From the human T2T-CHM13v2.0 reference genome, Homo sapiens: DNA of 64,000 bases. The notes under the pieces are model-generated. The model was not told where the DNA came from. It worked only from the letters and a program-made list of their open reading frames with translations, and made no database searches. A program made the position numbers and the translations under genes. Positions 1 through 18,905 of the stretch are shown in pieces (within the stretch, counting starts at the first letter, position 1; each line of letters starts with the position of its first letter). The stretch lies in assembly GCF_009914755.1 (NCBI RefSeq), contig NC_060927.1; one strand, given 5' to 3'.

Positions 1-40
1 TAAAGTCACAGGACTATCAAGTGTCAAGCGTTAGATGTAA

Positions 41-353
<313 letters not shown>

Positions 354-390
354 ATCTTCAGTCTTCTAGTCCAGTGTGCCAGTCACTTCA

Positions 391-895
391 CCAGTGGTTC
401 TCAGAGTGTGGTCTGGCGAAACCACTGGTGGGGGTGGGGGTGGGGCACCTGGAAACCTTTTCAAGGAGTCTGCAAGATGGAAGCCATTTTCATTAATAAA
501 GACTTGCCATTTTCACTGTCATTCTGAGCGTTCAGTAGAGTTTTCCAGAAGCTACCTGACAGGTGACATGGCAAGAAATGACATGAAATGCAGAAGTAGG
601 TGAGAGAATCCAGCTCTTCTATTAAGCCAGACATTAAAAAGACTTGCGAAAGCATGTACAACAATTACTCTTTCATTGAATTTTCTGTTTGGAAAAATAG
701 TCCTTTTCCATAAAATATATTATTTTTGTTAACATGTAATAGGCTGATTGTCATCTTAATGAATATAGACCTTAGAAATAAATGTCTTTTGATTTTTATA
801 TGGCAAATATTAATATTATCCACAAAAACAAAGCTCTCTGGGGTACTCAATGATTACCAAGAATGTGAAGGGGGACCTGCAGCCAAAAAATCTCC
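391..895. mobile_element. hAT-Charlie MITE (MER119-like)
   Basis: CAGTGGTTCTCA terminus and internal GAGAATCCAGCT..TTCTATTAAGCCAGACATTAAA. Confidence 0.6.
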
Positions 896-1323
896 AGTGT
901 GCTGCACTCCACCTGCCCTCAGGCCTGCTCTACATAAACCCCTCTTGAACCAAAGACAAGAGTGTACTTTCAATAAGAATGAAGCAGTTGTTGCTTCTCA
1001 GATCTTTTTTAAATGCTTCTGATTTTGTCAGGGAGAAAGACTCCATTTGGTACCACAATGTCTTCAGCACCTGTATACGTTTGTTAATCTCTTTCTTAAA
1101 GAAAAGGGAAGCTAATCCAGGCTCAGAGCCTTCCATAAAGAGGGGAATCTGCTAGAATTTGATAAGGAAAACAATCCACCAGAAACAACATAACATTACT
1201 CTGAAAGTCATAAGTTGTACCCTGACAAGGTGGGCACTTCCTATATATATATTATTCTTTAAAAAAAACACCTGCTTAAAAAATGTATTTTCCTTTGATG
1301 GTTTTCCATTTATAATAAGGCTA

Positions 1324-1596
<273 letters not shown>

Positions 1597-1892
1597 TCAT
1601 GCCATTGCACTCCAGCTTGGGCAACAAGAGCGAAATGTCTCAAAAAAATTCTGAAGTAAAAACATGAACCAATTTAAAAGACAACGTGGAATAAATAGCA
1701 CATGCAGTCCTAGGATGTGGCAAAAATGATGGCGGCAGCAGCAGAATAACTGGAGTTAGGGAAATCCAGCCCTAGAATGATAGCAAAGTCTCCATTAGCA
1801 GGAACATACTAGAATTCTATGATAAAAGGCACTATGAAAACATCCTGACTTACTGGCCAGTGGTAAAGGCAACTGAAATGTTCCATTCACTA

Positions 1893-1938
1893 TCACTTTT
1901 AATGGCAAAAACCACAATTACTTTTGCACCAACCTAAT
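1893..1938. mobile_element. MADE1 (Hsmar1 MITE), right half
   Basis: TTTTAATGGCAAAAACCACAATTACTTTTGCACCAACCTAA. Confidence 0.85.
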
Positions 1939-2059
1939 ACAAATCATGCTTTCTTTTCACCCATCCAATCTATTCTCTAAGAGCACTTGTGGCAGCTACT
2001 AGAACACACAAAGAAACCACTTTAAATAGCGCTTGGGTGAAAAGGGAGCAAGTGCTCTC

Positions 2060-2680
2060 CAGTGCTGGCTGACGGAACTTCTGTGACGATGACATGTGCT
2101 ACATCTGTGCCATCCAACACAGAAGCCACAGCCACTTGTGGCCAAGCAAACACTTGAAATGTGGCTGGTGCAACTGAGTTTTGTATTTTACTTAACTTCA
2201 AGGGGCCAGGCACGGTGGCTTACACCTGTAATCCCAGCACTTTGGGAGGCCACGGTGGGAGGATCTCCTGAGTTCAAGAGTTTGAGACCAGGCTGGGCAA
2301 CATAATGAAACCCCATCTCTACTAAAAACACAAAAATTAACCTGGTGTGGCACTGCATGCCTATAGTCCCAACTACATGGGAGGCTGAGGCAGGGGGATT
2401 GCTTGAGCCTAGGCGGTCAAGGCTGCAGTGAGCCAGGATCGTCCCACTGCACTCCAGCCTGGGTGACAGAGCGAGACTCTGTCTCAAAAAATTAAAACTT
2501 AATTAACTTAGTGATTTTTTTTTAATTGTTTTTTGGGATGGAGTCTCACTCTGTCGCCAGGGCTGGAGTGCAGTGGCGCGATCTCGGCTCACTGCAACCT
2601 CTGCCTCCCAGGTTCAAAAGACTTAATGATAATTTAAATAGCTGCGTGTGGCTAGTGGCTGCCCTATTGCACAGCACAGG
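2060..2680. mobile_element. MER3 interrupted by a + strand Alu (2204-2490) and a - strand Alu fragment (~2530-2617)
   Basis: MER3 motifs CACTTGAAATGTGGCT and TTTAAATAGC..GTGGCTAGTGGCT lie on either side of the Alus. Confidence 0.72.
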
Positions 2681-4628
2681 CCTAGCCCTAGATCCTTTTC
2701 TGCTTTGAGAGATCCTGCCATGCTTTTTGGGGGCCTCAGGATGCCTTCCCTCCCGCCTCTGTCTGGTTTTTCTTCTCAGTCCCAGCTCCTGCTGGGAGGG
2801 GCTTTCATAGCCCTGAGGGCCAGAGCAAGCTGATTCTACCTTAAGAATTCTGCAGCAGAGATAGAAGCACAAAGAGTACACCAGGGCAGAGTGGGGGAGC
2901 AAGGGAGCCAAACCAGAAAGGCCGAGGCAGGAGGGTGTAGGAGCCAGGAAGAAGCAGAGGTAGAGAGCAGGGGTATGGATGAAGACCACCAGGGAGCTGG
3001 AGCCAGCCACAACACTCCTGCTCATGGCATAGGCCCAATTCCACAGCAGTTTGTGTCATCCAACTAGAAGACCCAGGTGAAACAGCCCCAAGGTGACAAA
3101 TACAAATGGAAAGGAATGGAATAGGAAGAATATACTAGGATCTTCAAGTTGGGGAGAACTTCAAGATCACTGCTGGAAACCAGGGACCTAATTCCCCTTC
3201 CCCTGAGTCCTTTTCTTTTCCCATCTCAGTCCCTGACCAACTTCAGGAGTAGGGGCCCCTCAGAGTGTCAGCCAGACCTGCTACTTCCTTCTGTGAGGAC
3301 TTGCCACCGTGTTTCCAATACAAGACTCCCTCTCTTAGGAATCAGAACAGAGGAAACCAGAGGAGGGAGAGACAGACAAAAACAGAGGTGAGAGACAGAA
3401 AAAAGCAAATGTGCAGAGAACCATGAGGTGGCATGGGAGGGGCAGTGAGAGATGGCCCGGGTTCCTGATTCTAATCCTGTGACAACACAGTCATATGATG
3501 TATCAATCAAACAGGACACTTTCGAGAATAAGGAGAGGCACTATTAATAACTGTGCTGGGACCACAGGCATCCACCAAGACTGCCAGGGCCAACTGAAAC
3601 ATGTGGTTTCCCTACGCATCAGAGCCAGTGACACTTCCCCTCCCTTGAGTTCCATGAGACTCCTACAACCTTTCAGAAAATCCTCCCTTTAATTTAAGCT
3701 ATTTGAGTGGGTTGTGGGACAAAATGCAGAATAGTCTAATCCCAGCTTGGGCATCGCGCAGCTCCAGACCCTCTGGGCAAGCCCTGTGCATTCAACAGCT
3801 TTTAGGCCACATCCTATTTCTTCACTCCAACCCTTTCCAAGGCATCACACTGCCTGTCCTTATCTGAACCACCAAGAGGTTCCTTTCACTAAGAGGACAG
3901 AGACAAGGTAAGAAAATATAAGGTCATCATGGTTTTCTCCTTCAAGTTTCCCTCCTCTGAGGTTAACAAGGGTCTTGGACCCTTTTAAGGCCTAAGTAGA
4001 ACCAATTCCCTCCTAGACAGAAAGGGTCTGGTTTAGAACTCTGATCTAACTATGAAGGGTTTCCAAACAAGCAGGTGAGCACCCAGTTCCACCTCCTAGA
4101 ACATTGCAGCCCTCCTTTCAATCCTTGGCCTGTGTCAAGATTCCATAACCAAAGGGAAGTGCTGCTATTTGGAGGCTGAGTTAGGGCAAAAGGCTCTTTA
4201 ACTTTTTAGTTTAAAATAATTTCAAACTTGGAAAAAATGAGGGAAAGATGCAGACACCATGCCCCTTTACCCTGAAATATTTCAGGTGCATATTTCCTAA
4301 AGATGAGGCCATCCACTTATATAACCAGAGTATAATAATCAAAGTCAGAAAATTAACATTGGTACAACGCTATTAATCTGGTCTACAACTTTCTCCAAAT
4401 TGCATCAATTGTCCCACTAATTTCTTTTATAATAAAGGGCAAAAATGGTTTTCCTGGTCCAAGATCCAATCTAAGAGTCACACTTGGCATTTTGTTATCT
4501 AACACTCTTTCACCTGGAACTTTGTCTTTGTCTTTCATAGCCTCAATTTTTAAACAATATGAGCCAGTTATTTTGTAGAATGTTATTTGGAAAAGACTCG
4601 CTTTTTTTTTTTTTTTTTTTTTTTTTGA

Positions 4629-4736
<108 letters not shown>

Positions 4737-6816
4737 TAGCTGGGATTACAGGTGCCCACGACCACACTCAGCTAATTTTTGTATTTTTAGCAGAGACGGG
4801 GTTTCACCATGTTGGTCAGGCTGGTCTCGAACTCCTGACCTCGTGATCCGCTGGCCTCGGCCTCCCAAAGTGCTGGGATTACAGGTGTGAACCACATGCC
4901 CAGCCAAGACTTGCTTTCAGTTCATCTTTTTTGTTGATGTTACATAGGCAACAGAATGGAATTGAACCAATTACAAAAAAATGTTTAAAATAGCCCAAGG
5001 TAGATTCTTTTGTAGTTCGTAAGTGTGATGACTGGGTATTCATGTGTGAGATAGGCCATCCTCGAATTTTTTTATGATATGATGTGGGCACATTACTCAT
5101 CTGCTATGAAATGGAAAAAAAAAAAAAGCCCAAGATACAAAGCACCATGAACAAAAGAAAAACCTCATGAGCCCTTTAAACGTGACAGCAAGCACAGGGG
5201 TCAGTCCTACAAGGCCCGAGACGATGGACTGAAGTTACATAACAACCCTGCATGCACATAAGCAAGAACGTGCTCATGCACACAGCTAGAAAGACTGGGG
5301 GACCCAGTGCTTTTTCATTTATGGCCAAACACATGTTCTTAAATCCACAGGATTCTTTGTGTAAGAGGATATAGAAATGCTGAAACAGCCGTGTTTTACT
5401 GAATTCAACCACAAAAGCACTATTTCCATGTTTACGCCAGGAGGCTTCACATATGTCCTCAACTGCAAGACCTACGATTTTCTTCAAAAATTCACAATCA
5501 TTAGATTTCAGACAGATTACACCACTGATGTGCATGTTTATTTGGGCTGATGTTTCAACCACCACCCAAGCTGTTATGAAATATAAGGTCCACTTTATAA
5601 TTAGCACAAGTCTTAGAATCAGGGCGATATGGCGAGTTCATGGCCCAGCCTCAGAAAGCTCTAGAGATCAGTTAGTGTAGCCTGCACAGGAATCACACAT
5701 CCACCCACCACAGCATTCCAGGCAGGCTGGCTGGCTGACTTCTTCTGGCTTTTGGATAACCTCCCTCCTGCCTTCAGCTAATCAAAATGTTAAGAAAGGA
5801 GAGCACAGGATGCAAAAGAGCCAAAGTCAAAGTCAATGGCTGTAACTTTAGAGACACAGGAGATATGACCAGAAGGAACAACTAAAAACATCATTTCATT
5901 GGAATAGAACTAGGGGTGCGGGGGAGTGAGGTAGAGGACTTTCATTTTTCATTATAACTTATCAGGGGCTCTTTTAAAAAAGCTATATTCAAGTATTGTT
6001 TCAACAAAAATAAAATTTTAAGTCTATTACAGCATAGATTGACTACAGAGCTTTTGTATTTCTCCAGCTGTCAAGAACAAAGGTGGTTCAAAATTTATTC
6101 AACATGTGGCTAGATCAGAATGCAGATCCCAGTCAAACAATATCAGGGCTGGAAAAAAGTGTGCCCATCTTTTAGTTTAGATGCTCCCATTTCACTGATG
6201 AAGTGACTGAAATCTCGGGAGATAAAGATCCTCTCCCAAGGAGCTATACCTGATTAATATCAGGGCAAAGATTGAAAACCTGGTCCCCCAAGTCCTAGAC
6301 AGCATTCTTTCATCTAAGCAGCCTCAGTGGGGGTCTCAGAATATGCATCTGCTATGCCTCCAAACACAAACTATTTAAGGGTATGGGCTCCAGCCTCAGA
6401 TTTCTGGATTCATTATACATCCTGGCTCTACCACTCCCTGGCTGTGTGACCTGAGAGAATTGACTTATTCACTCAGTGTCTCCCTTTCTCATCAACATTC
6501 TGAAGGACTGTTGTGAGAATGAATAGGATAAACTATAGTAGCCACTTAGCACAAAACTTAGCATATAATAACCTTTCACAAAATAGTGGTTATTTTTACT
6601 TAGGTGCCATTATTTAATAACTGGCTAAGGGGCTGGAGGAGGAAAGGATCAACATTTGTTGGACATATATGCCAGGTACCATGCCAGACACTTAACGAAC
6701 ATCACCATATTTAACCCTTAACAGCCCTGGTAAGACAGGTATTGCCCTTCACATTTTAGAAGGAAATTAAACCTAGATAAGCTGATATAACTTACCAAGA
6801 CTGTACGGCACATTAA

Positions 6817-7161
<345 letters not shown>

Positions 7162-8981
7162 TAGCCAAGCTGGTCCCAAATTCGTAGCCTCAAGCCATCT
7201 GCTGGCCTCGGCCTCCCAAACTACTGGGATTATGGGCGTGAGCCACTGCGCCCAGCCTCCTATGCTTTTTTGACCCGAAGTTTCATAACATTGAAGTGTG
7301 GTTTTAACAAGTGGGGAAGCAGATTTAATTTCTATCAAATAAATGCAATACCGGGACTCTCTTTCCCCAGAGAAGACCCAGCAAAACCAGTGGCAGGGAA
7401 AGAAAACAGCACATCTATCTGGAATAGCCCAAGGGGCTTTAGAACCCTACCACCCTGAATTACAAAGCAACAGTCTAATTATTGTAGTACCTCTGGCTCT
7501 AGGCTCCACTAATTTTTTCTAATAGGTATTGAAGCCATGCCATAATTTTTTTCTCAGACAAAATTTTTAAGAAATGGGCAAAGTGGCGAAGAATTCCCTA
7601 TGGCAAGGCCCACAGCATTGCTAAAAACTGTCCATCTTGCCTTTATCGTTGCTGGTTTATTTAAGGTCACTGGGAATACTAACCAAAGTCCTTGCTTTGC
7701 TGGCTGGTTAACCATTAAAGCACCTCAAGAAGACACTAAAATGTGGTTGTTTATGAAGTCTCCCCACAGAAAGGAAGGGAGGAAAGGAAGAAAGTATATG
7801 TCCTATGGGCCTCAAAATAAGCCACTGTCTCTACATCACCATGAGGGTTGCAGTTTTCAAATATGGCCTACAATTCTTTGGCACTGCCCCAGGATCAAGA
7901 AGAATTAGAATGCAGGTGGGCTCATGACTGCTTGGACCAACAGATTATAATAGAAGAGCTGCTCTGAAGGTTTCAAGGCTTAGTCAGAAAAAGCCAGGAA
8001 GCTTCCACCTGGTCATCTTAGGACACTCACTCTGGAAGGAGCCAGAAACCAAAAGGAAGCAAAAGTACCACACTAGAAAGGTCACACGTAGGCACTCTGG
8101 TTGCAACTCCAGCTGAGCTCCCAGCATAAGCTTTCAGAGCCAGCATCCTCTGTCAGACACAAGAGTAGGCCATCTCTGACGTCCAACCAAGCCCTCAAGG
8201 ACTACAACCAGGCTGACATCTGACTGCATAAAACTCCTCAAGCAAGGACCGCCCAGCTGAGCCCTCTCAAAACCCTCTCCAAATTCCTGACCCACAAATC
8301 ATAGGCAAAATAGAACAGTTGTTTTAAGCTATTACGGCTTGGGATAATTTGTTAGGGAGAAACAGTAACCAGAACAATGAAGAAGAAAAACACCCCCTTT
8401 CTTCTTCCAATAAAGCCAAAAATCAAGTAAGAGAACATTAAATCTGTGCACTTCAAATCTAGCAAAATGAAGCTGAATCCCTTTGCATGCTGGAAACAAA
8501 AGGGTGTGGTGAATGAAGACAACCAAATCCCATTCATCATGCTTTGGTTGGGTTTAATGCCAAACAATAAAAGATTTATATTAAGAGGGCTGGGCTGCAG
8601 TTATAATAAACAGCGGATATTCCTCTCATTGTCTCCCTGATAGCAGTTTCTTTCTGTTAGAGCAAACATTAACATCTCTTAGATAATCCAGCAAAACACA
8701 GCAAAGGAAAAAAAAATCAGGCAAGAATAGAACAAAATTTTTTCCATCTTCCTTTAAGGAAATGAAAGAGGCTGACTTGCTGAGCTCTCCAAGAGCTGCT
8801 TTGCAAATTCTGTGATACTCTTGGTTAAAATGCTCTACAAAAAAGCAGTATAGTCTTTAATGTTGGAAACATCTATGTGGCAATCGGCAGACTAAGTAAC
8901 TCTCAAAGAGAAGGGCTGGGCAAAGTTACCTGGGCTGCCTGCCAAAGGATGAGGTTCAATAGAGGTTTAATTCATCCAGCC

Positions 8982-8984
<3 letters not shown>

Positions 8985-9028
<44 letters not shown>
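8985..9028. repeat. (AC)22 microsatellite
   Basis: Perfect dinucleotide run. Confidence 0.97.
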
Positions 9029-9030
<2 letters not shown>

Positions 9031-10310
9031 CACTACGTTAAAGTCCCTACAACAAATGCTGACAAAGAAAAATAACAGCTCAAAATTAAAAGGCTACAGT
9101 CCACAGGGACCACATCTCTGTCAACTTGGGGATTTGAAGATTCTCATTAACCACAGGGATAGCAATGAATCCATCAACCCCCATAGCCTGTCTTCTTTTG
9201 AGATGACACCTCAGAGTCACAGGGTAGGCACCTTGAATACAGCTGGGGATACAGTCACATGATTTGTAGGAAAGTCGGCGTGTACTGCAATAGCAAGCAC
9301 TTATGATCCTGCCATGGGTTTCAGCTGAGGGGCCAGAAGAGTTTGTATATTATCTTGTTGATATTTGTAGCTTAAAAGGAAGAAACGCCTAGGATTTTTT
9401 AAGGCAATACAGTCCATGTCAATATTAGACAGCTATTTCTATGTTCTAGCCAATGGCCAGAACATGTTTTGGCCACTAATAGCATTTTGCTAATGTGGTT
9501 ACCATGAATGAAGTTGTGCAAGAACCTATACGTGCCCACATTTATTGATTTAGAAATGATGCTAACAGTCAAATACACAGAGTAACTAAGTTCAAATATC
9601 TAAATATTCTTAATATTTGGAATGTTTTCCATTATATCTTGATTTATTGTATTTTCTAAATAAGCATATATATGACGGTTTCTTGGCTGTAGAAGATCCT
9701 AAAGTGCCTTTATAGCACTTTTCATCCTTCCATGAATTACAACTAGAGTAGCTTAACAATACACTAATTCATCAAGCAAACCCACGACATCAGGTTTTAT
9801 CTACAATTAAGGCAGGAACAACCAATCCAAGGTTTTTCCCATCAGCCTTCATAGTTCCTAAAATTCCTTCCAGAGAAATTCATTTATTTGGCTTATAAAG
9901 ACTTTTTTTTTTTTTTACAACAGACTTCATTCCCCACCCCCATCCCATGAAAATTATAACAGATGGTCATTGTAAATATTTCAGAAAACACCAAGAAATG
10001 AAAACTAAAAATCACCAGCATCCTCAGCAGCTAGCAACAACAACTGGTAACATCTGAGGGTACATTTTTCTAGAGCCAGGCTTCTCAAACAATGTGGTGA
10101 TGGATCTTCTCCCATCCAATCCACCGTAAATCAATATTTCTGTAGAATAAAAACAAACTAGGAAAGTAAAATGCCACCTGGATGTCACAACATCAAATTG
10201 CCAAAAAAAAAAAAAAATCTAAAGTCTTACTCTCAATTTCTGTATTTACTTCACCATAACTGGTAACAAGCAGTTCACATTCTTTGGCCCACACAAGAAT
10301 AACTATGTTA

Positions 10311-11567
<1,257 letters not shown>

Positions 11568-14144
11568 GCAGGGCTCACTCAGGGAAACTAATTTTCACAT
11601 TACAGCAGGCAGGCCACAGCGCAACGCCCTGCTGATCCAGTGACTACAAAGTCCATCCCGCTGTAATCCTGGCCTGTATGAGCCCTCCCTCTGACCCCCT
11701 TCCCAGTGCCAATCTGACAAAGAAAGGTCATGGCAGGACCTGGGGGAAGAGAACAACAGAGCCACTGCCAGGCCCCATGGCCAGTTTGGCCCCAGTGGAC
11801 ATCTCATTGGAACCTTCTCTGTTTGCAGCGCCCAGCGGGTCTCAGCCCTCCCTGCCAGCCAAGCACACAGGGGGCCCTCTTGTCCACTCAGGCTGGGCAG
11901 CTCTCAAAGCACTCTCTCACACAGCATCCCTTACCATCCTCCAGGCTACCCAGGGATGTAGGCAAGAATTGCAGCCCCCAGATTCAAAGACAAAGAGACT
12001 GAGGCTTCCATGTGCCAAGTATCCCTAGAAGTCAGCAGACCTCTGATTTCAGCCTGTATCACCTGATGTCAAGACAGCTGTCTTCCCTCCACCTGCCCTT
12101 CCCCACGGCTTTGGGTTTTGGTTATTTCACAGCAAAAACTGAGACACAATCCCATTTTAAAGAAGAAGAAATTGAGGCACAGAAATTACATAATCTGCCA
12201 GAGGTCCCACAGCTATGAAGAGGGAGCTGGGATTCAATGCCAGGCGGTCTGGCTCCAGAGGCCAAGCTTTGCCGGCTGTCCTATAGCTAAGTCACTCTAC
12301 AAGTTTCAAATGTTTCTCCACTCACCTACTTCCCCAAAGGGAAATAAGCAGTATGGGGGGACCACTGAAGCCCAAGGCCTTCAGTACCACCATTCTGATG
12401 GCCAAACTTCAAGTCAGAGCTATGGGGGCAGTGCAGCAGCCCTGGCTCAGGCTACCCTGAAGAGACGCAAAGACCACACATGTGTTTTTTCTTTATAATC
12501 AACCAATCACCAAAGGTCCTGTTAACACTCCACCTCTCCCCACCCCAACCTTCCTCAACCTGCAGACAATGTCTGTACCGTCAGCTCTCTTCCTCCTCCA
12601 CTTTAAGGCTGATGTTATCTCTTCAGACTATCTGGGGTCTGCAGGCCTCAACTCTGATGCCCCCTATTTCAACAAAGCTTTGGCCTCTCAAAGGGCCCTG
12701 AGTGACTCTCCTAGAATCCCCCTCACCCCACTACAATTGCTTGCTTGAATCCAGGAGACGGCAAGCTCCATGAGGCAGGGACGTGCCTGATTATTTGTTG
12801 ACCACCCTGGTCCCCAGTGCCCCACACAGGATTTGCTGCAGGAAGGCCTCCAGGCCAATGTTTACTTCAACCAGATCTCACCTGTGTACAAGAAGGTCAG
12901 GGGTGTAGGGGCTCTGCCAGCTTAGACCGGGCAGCCTGCCACCAGGCCTGGAATCTGGTGCAGCTTCAAGAAACAGTTACTCCTCCCTCCCCCGGTCTAT
13001 CTATTGCTTCAAACATTCCCTAGCAGTTTCTTCGAAGCACAACTGAGTCTTACAGGACCTAGTCCCTAGTGCATTCCACCCACACGTTTTAATGGAGAAA
13101 GTGCTGGGACGTATCACTGTCCTTTGATAGAGGAATTTTTCTCCTGATTTGTGCTAATAATTCATGAGGGAGGGGCCGGGCAGCTTCCAGTTTACTCTCA
13201 CCTCCAAGTTTCTAAGCTCAAAAGAGTTTTTGTTTGTACCATTGCTCCTTGGGTCCAAAAAAAAAAAAAAAAAAAGTTTTAAGAGAAAACATTTGCTGGT
13301 TTTCAGAGGGAGGAAAGGCAGAGATAATGAGTGCTGGCTTAAGCATGTTTGAGGAACACAGATACTCAGAAACAAAGATTTTTCAAACCACCCTGCAAGT
13401 ATAAGCAGAAACTATTCCCACCTGACCTGAGCAATGAGGAAAAGGACGGACCCCTTCACAGCCCTGGAACAGCCCACTTTCAGAGCAAGCACGGGAAATG
13501 ATGAAAACATTACAAATTGTGCTTAAAACCACATAAACATGGGCATAAAATATTACAAATCTTTATTCTGATTAGACTTAGAAATTCTCAGTGTGGCTTC
13601 TGTTTTAACAAACATTTGAAAAGAGACAGACCTATAAAATAGGCATTTAAAAATTACATCAGCATATTGAGTTTTACTATCTCACCTAGCAGGGCTGTCG
13701 CACACCTGAATGACCCATTTATCTCTGACTCACTGCCTCCTCTTCCATCCATTACTCGCCCATGCCTGGCACAAGGCCCCCTTGCTGGCCCTCAGCTAAG
13801 CCAGGCTTAGCCCTGATGCGCCCTCCAGCTGGAATGTTCTTCCCCCACATGGCCTGAGGCTTGCTCACTCTCTCCAGACAATACTGCATTCCTCTCCCTC
13901 CCCTTGCCTCCAAACACCCACCAGCTGAGTCCCCTTCCAGCTCTTTGCCTCCTTTGTATACATCAGATAACCTACCATGTGTATTTTAACTTTTTATTGC
14001 GTTTTCCACCCCCTCTGCAATGTAAGCCTCAGAAAAGCAGGGACTTCTGTCCATTCTCTTCACTGCTCTGTCCCCATCACCGAAAATTGCCCCCATCACG
14101 TAGTAGGTGCTCAATAAATACTTAGTGAATTAAAAAGCTGGTCA

Positions 14145-14474
<330 letters not shown>

Positions 14475-14939
14475 CTAACTTAAAACATCAGGCTTATATC
14501 CAAGGGCTCTCTGGTTAAAAGGTTCCTCCTTTAACAGCTTGAAAAGGTTGGCTTTTGCTGATATAAATCAGCATGCAAAGGGGACCCAGCACTGTTCAAA
14601 TAAGGTCAGAGGCAAACCCAGGTTGCAGGAAGAGACAGACATCCAAGTGACACGGCAGATGGCTGGCATCCAGAGGCCCTTTTGCAATCTGGAATTTAAA
14701 TGGCCAAGACAAGAAATGGGATGTTAAATGTGGGCCTCAGGAGCAACACCTCAGTCTCCAGCTACCCACAGACAACTGCACCACAGCGTGAGAGCACGTT
14801 AGCAGCTACCAGAAGCCTGGTCACCAATTCAGGTTCATCAGACAAAAATCACGAGAGGTGCCGAACGCCCCAGATCGCAATCAAAAGGCAATGGGAAAGG
14901 AAATGTGGACAGCAGAATACCTTCCCCTGGGGGCCCTGA

Positions 14940-15900
<961 letters not shown>

Positions 15901-16209
15901 TCACTCCACCTGTTCTTCTGCAAACAGAGGCTCCCCTGCAGGCATCTGCTCAGGTGTCCTCCAGCAGCGCCCCTCCAGTGTCTCTGTCACACTTCTTACT
16001 GTAGCTATTACCACCAGTAATTATTACCCCCGCTCTCCTACTCACCCCAACCAAAAACGTAAACTCCTGGAGGGCAAGGTCTTTGTCTTGTTCACCCACA
16101 TAAATGCAGTGGCCAACAGTGTCTGACAAGCAGTTGGTGCCCAGCATGAAGGGTGAAATCCCACCTGGCTCCTTTGTGACAGAAAACACCTATTAAACCT
16201 ATGCCTCCC

Positions 16210-16495
16210 AGTGCCAAATGTAGCTAACACTTGAAACGTGTCTAGTCTCAACTGAAATGTGCCCTAAGTGTAAAATATGCCAAAGATCTTAAAGACTTAG
16301 TACAAAAATATATGTAAAATATCAGTAATTTTTTAATAGCAAGTCCACGTTGAAATTGTACTGTCTTGGATATTCCGGGTTAAACAAAATATTTAAATTC
16401 ATTTCAGCTGTTTCTTTTTCGTTTTTAATGCGTCTACTAGGGAGTTTTTAATTGCTTATGTAGCCTGTATTATATTTCTATGAGTCAGTCTTGGT
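16210..16495. mobile_element. MER33-like hAT MITE
   Basis: AAGTGTAAAATA...AAGACTTAGTACAAAAA...ATTATATTTCTAT. Confidence 0.65.
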
Positions 16496-18905
16496 TATAA
16501 TACCGTGAAAAGGCCAGCCAGCAACCCAGCCCAGCCCTGGCCACCCCCCTCACACCCTCCAGTTCGCCTCTCACACGGTTCCAAATGCTCTCCAGAGCCA
16601 GGCAGGAAACACCTGTCTGGTGGCTTCCTGTGACACACAAATACCTAAGTGTATTCAGAAATGGGATTCAGAAGTAAGGGCTAAAAAGAGTTTAACAGAT
16701 TAACCAATTTCACCCCAAGAAAGTAAGCACACTTGGGGCTGAGATGTGGGCCATCTTGTTCATTACCCAGAACAGTGGCCGGCACATAGTAGGCGAGCAA
16801 CTAGAATCAATCAATGCTTTTAAAAAAAAAAAAAAAAGACTATTTCCAGGATGGGTATGGCAACTCATGCCTGTGATCCCAGCACTTTGGGAGGCCAAGG
16901 TGGGAGGATCACTTTGAGGCCTGGAGTTCAAGACCAGCCTGGTCAACAGAGCTAGATCCCATCTTTACAAAAAAGCTTAAAGATATGAAAAATTAGCCAG
17001 GTATGGTGGCATGCACCTGTAGTCTCAGCTACTGGGGAGGATGATGCAGGAGGGTTGCCTGAACCCAGGAGTTTGAGGTTGCAGTGAGCTGTGATTGCAC
17101 CACTGCACTGGGATAATAGAATGCAGGAACTGGAGGAGATCTGGAAAATGCCTGGGAGTATAAGATGGGAGCCCTGCCTCTGAGGCGTCATAGTACCAGA
17201 AGATGCTGAGCCTCTGAGTCCTGATCTGGAAAGTAAATAGTCCCTACCCTCCTAGCTCTCCAGGCCAGAACATTCTATGATGACAGCAGTTTAATACAGT
17301 GGCAACTGGACTGTTTAATATAGTGGCGACTGGGCTCTTGAAACGTGGCTATTGTGACTGAGAAATGGAATTTTTAGTCTTACTTAATTTTAATTAAACT
17401 CATTAGCCAGGCATGGTGGTGCACACCTGTAATCCCAGCTACTCAGGAAGCTGAGGAATGAGAATCACTTGAGCCCAGGAGGTGGAAGTTGCAGTGAGCA
17501 GACATCACACCACTGCACCCCAGCCTGGGCGACAGAGTAAGACTCTGTCTCAAAAAAAAAAAAATTTTAATTAAATTCAAATAGCCATACGTTGCACATG
17601 GCTACCATATGGGACAGCATAGCTCTAGGCTGGTGTGACAGGATGGAATGAGCTAAAACGTGTAAAAAACACTCTGGAAATGCTAAAGCCCTATAGGAAT
17701 GGTAAGAGTTTTGTTGTTTAATGCATTAGAAATCTGAGATCCTGAGAGGTTTCAGTTACCCCACATCACAGACAGACTCAATTCATAAGTGAAAGAAATG
17801 TAAACAAACACAGATTTTACTTTACTTGGGGAGAAGGACAGCCCATGCTCTTGTATACCTACGATGGAAATGGAGGTGGTTAGCGATAACCCTTCACACA
17901 ACTCAGAGCAACAGGCTTTTTCATCCACATTGCTGCATCCAGATTTGGTAACTCCAGGGCCTACGCACGCAGCAGAAATCAAGGCTGCCAGTGAATCCTG
18001 GTAGATTATATTCCTATCTCCCACACTCTCACTCTTAGGGACCATGTGCTTCTTGTCCCTTCCACTGACGTTTGCTATTTCTCCTGCTACAGAAACAGAC
18101 TTTGCCAACAGCTCCCTGCATTGGGAAACTGCGCTGAGAGTCCCTTTGGGGTTCTGACAGTCAATTCACAGTCTCCTGAATACATATAGTGGTTGTTCAA
18201 ATTTGCTGATGGGTGGTAAAAGCAACCACTACTGGAAAGGGGTGGGAACTAATCGGAGGCTGTGATGAATGCTAACTTGTTTACACTCCCATTGGAAAAT
18301 GCACATGAAACCCAAATCAAGTTTTAGTCTCCCAAGATTTTTCCCAGCAGGAAAGGCCTTCCCAGTCTAAACAGCTTTTTGTTACCATTATAATTATATT
18401 CTATGCACTAGCAGACAATAAAGAAATGAGCAGGGAAGCAGAAGGAGGCGGGGGGTGAGTTATTAGGACAGGAAAGTCAAGAAATGGTCGAAGTCAGAGG
18501 AAACAACACAACACTTTCCAGGACAAATGGCAGGAACTGCCCTGAATATGTAAGAGATTTTGTGAGCTCATTCATTATTCTCCATTAAAGAGTTCGGCTA
18601 ATTTTCCCCTGTCCTTTCAGTCACATTAAAACTTGGGGCTTAAGCGTTGTGTAACGCTCTGCACAGACTTGGTTTAGGCCCCATGGAGCTTCCATAATGA
18701 AAAACAACATGTGAAATTGGATCCACATGCGTTCCGCCCACAGGTTGAGCTCAGTGGTGTATTTTATTCTGTCAGGGAGCTGTTGCTCAACTCCCAAGGA
18801 GGGGGGTCCAGCAATAACACTCCAGCTATGAAGACAAAATTAACCAGCCTTGTGCCGGTGTGAGTGACATCACTTCACCAAGAACAGGAACTCAGCTCTC
18901 TGTAC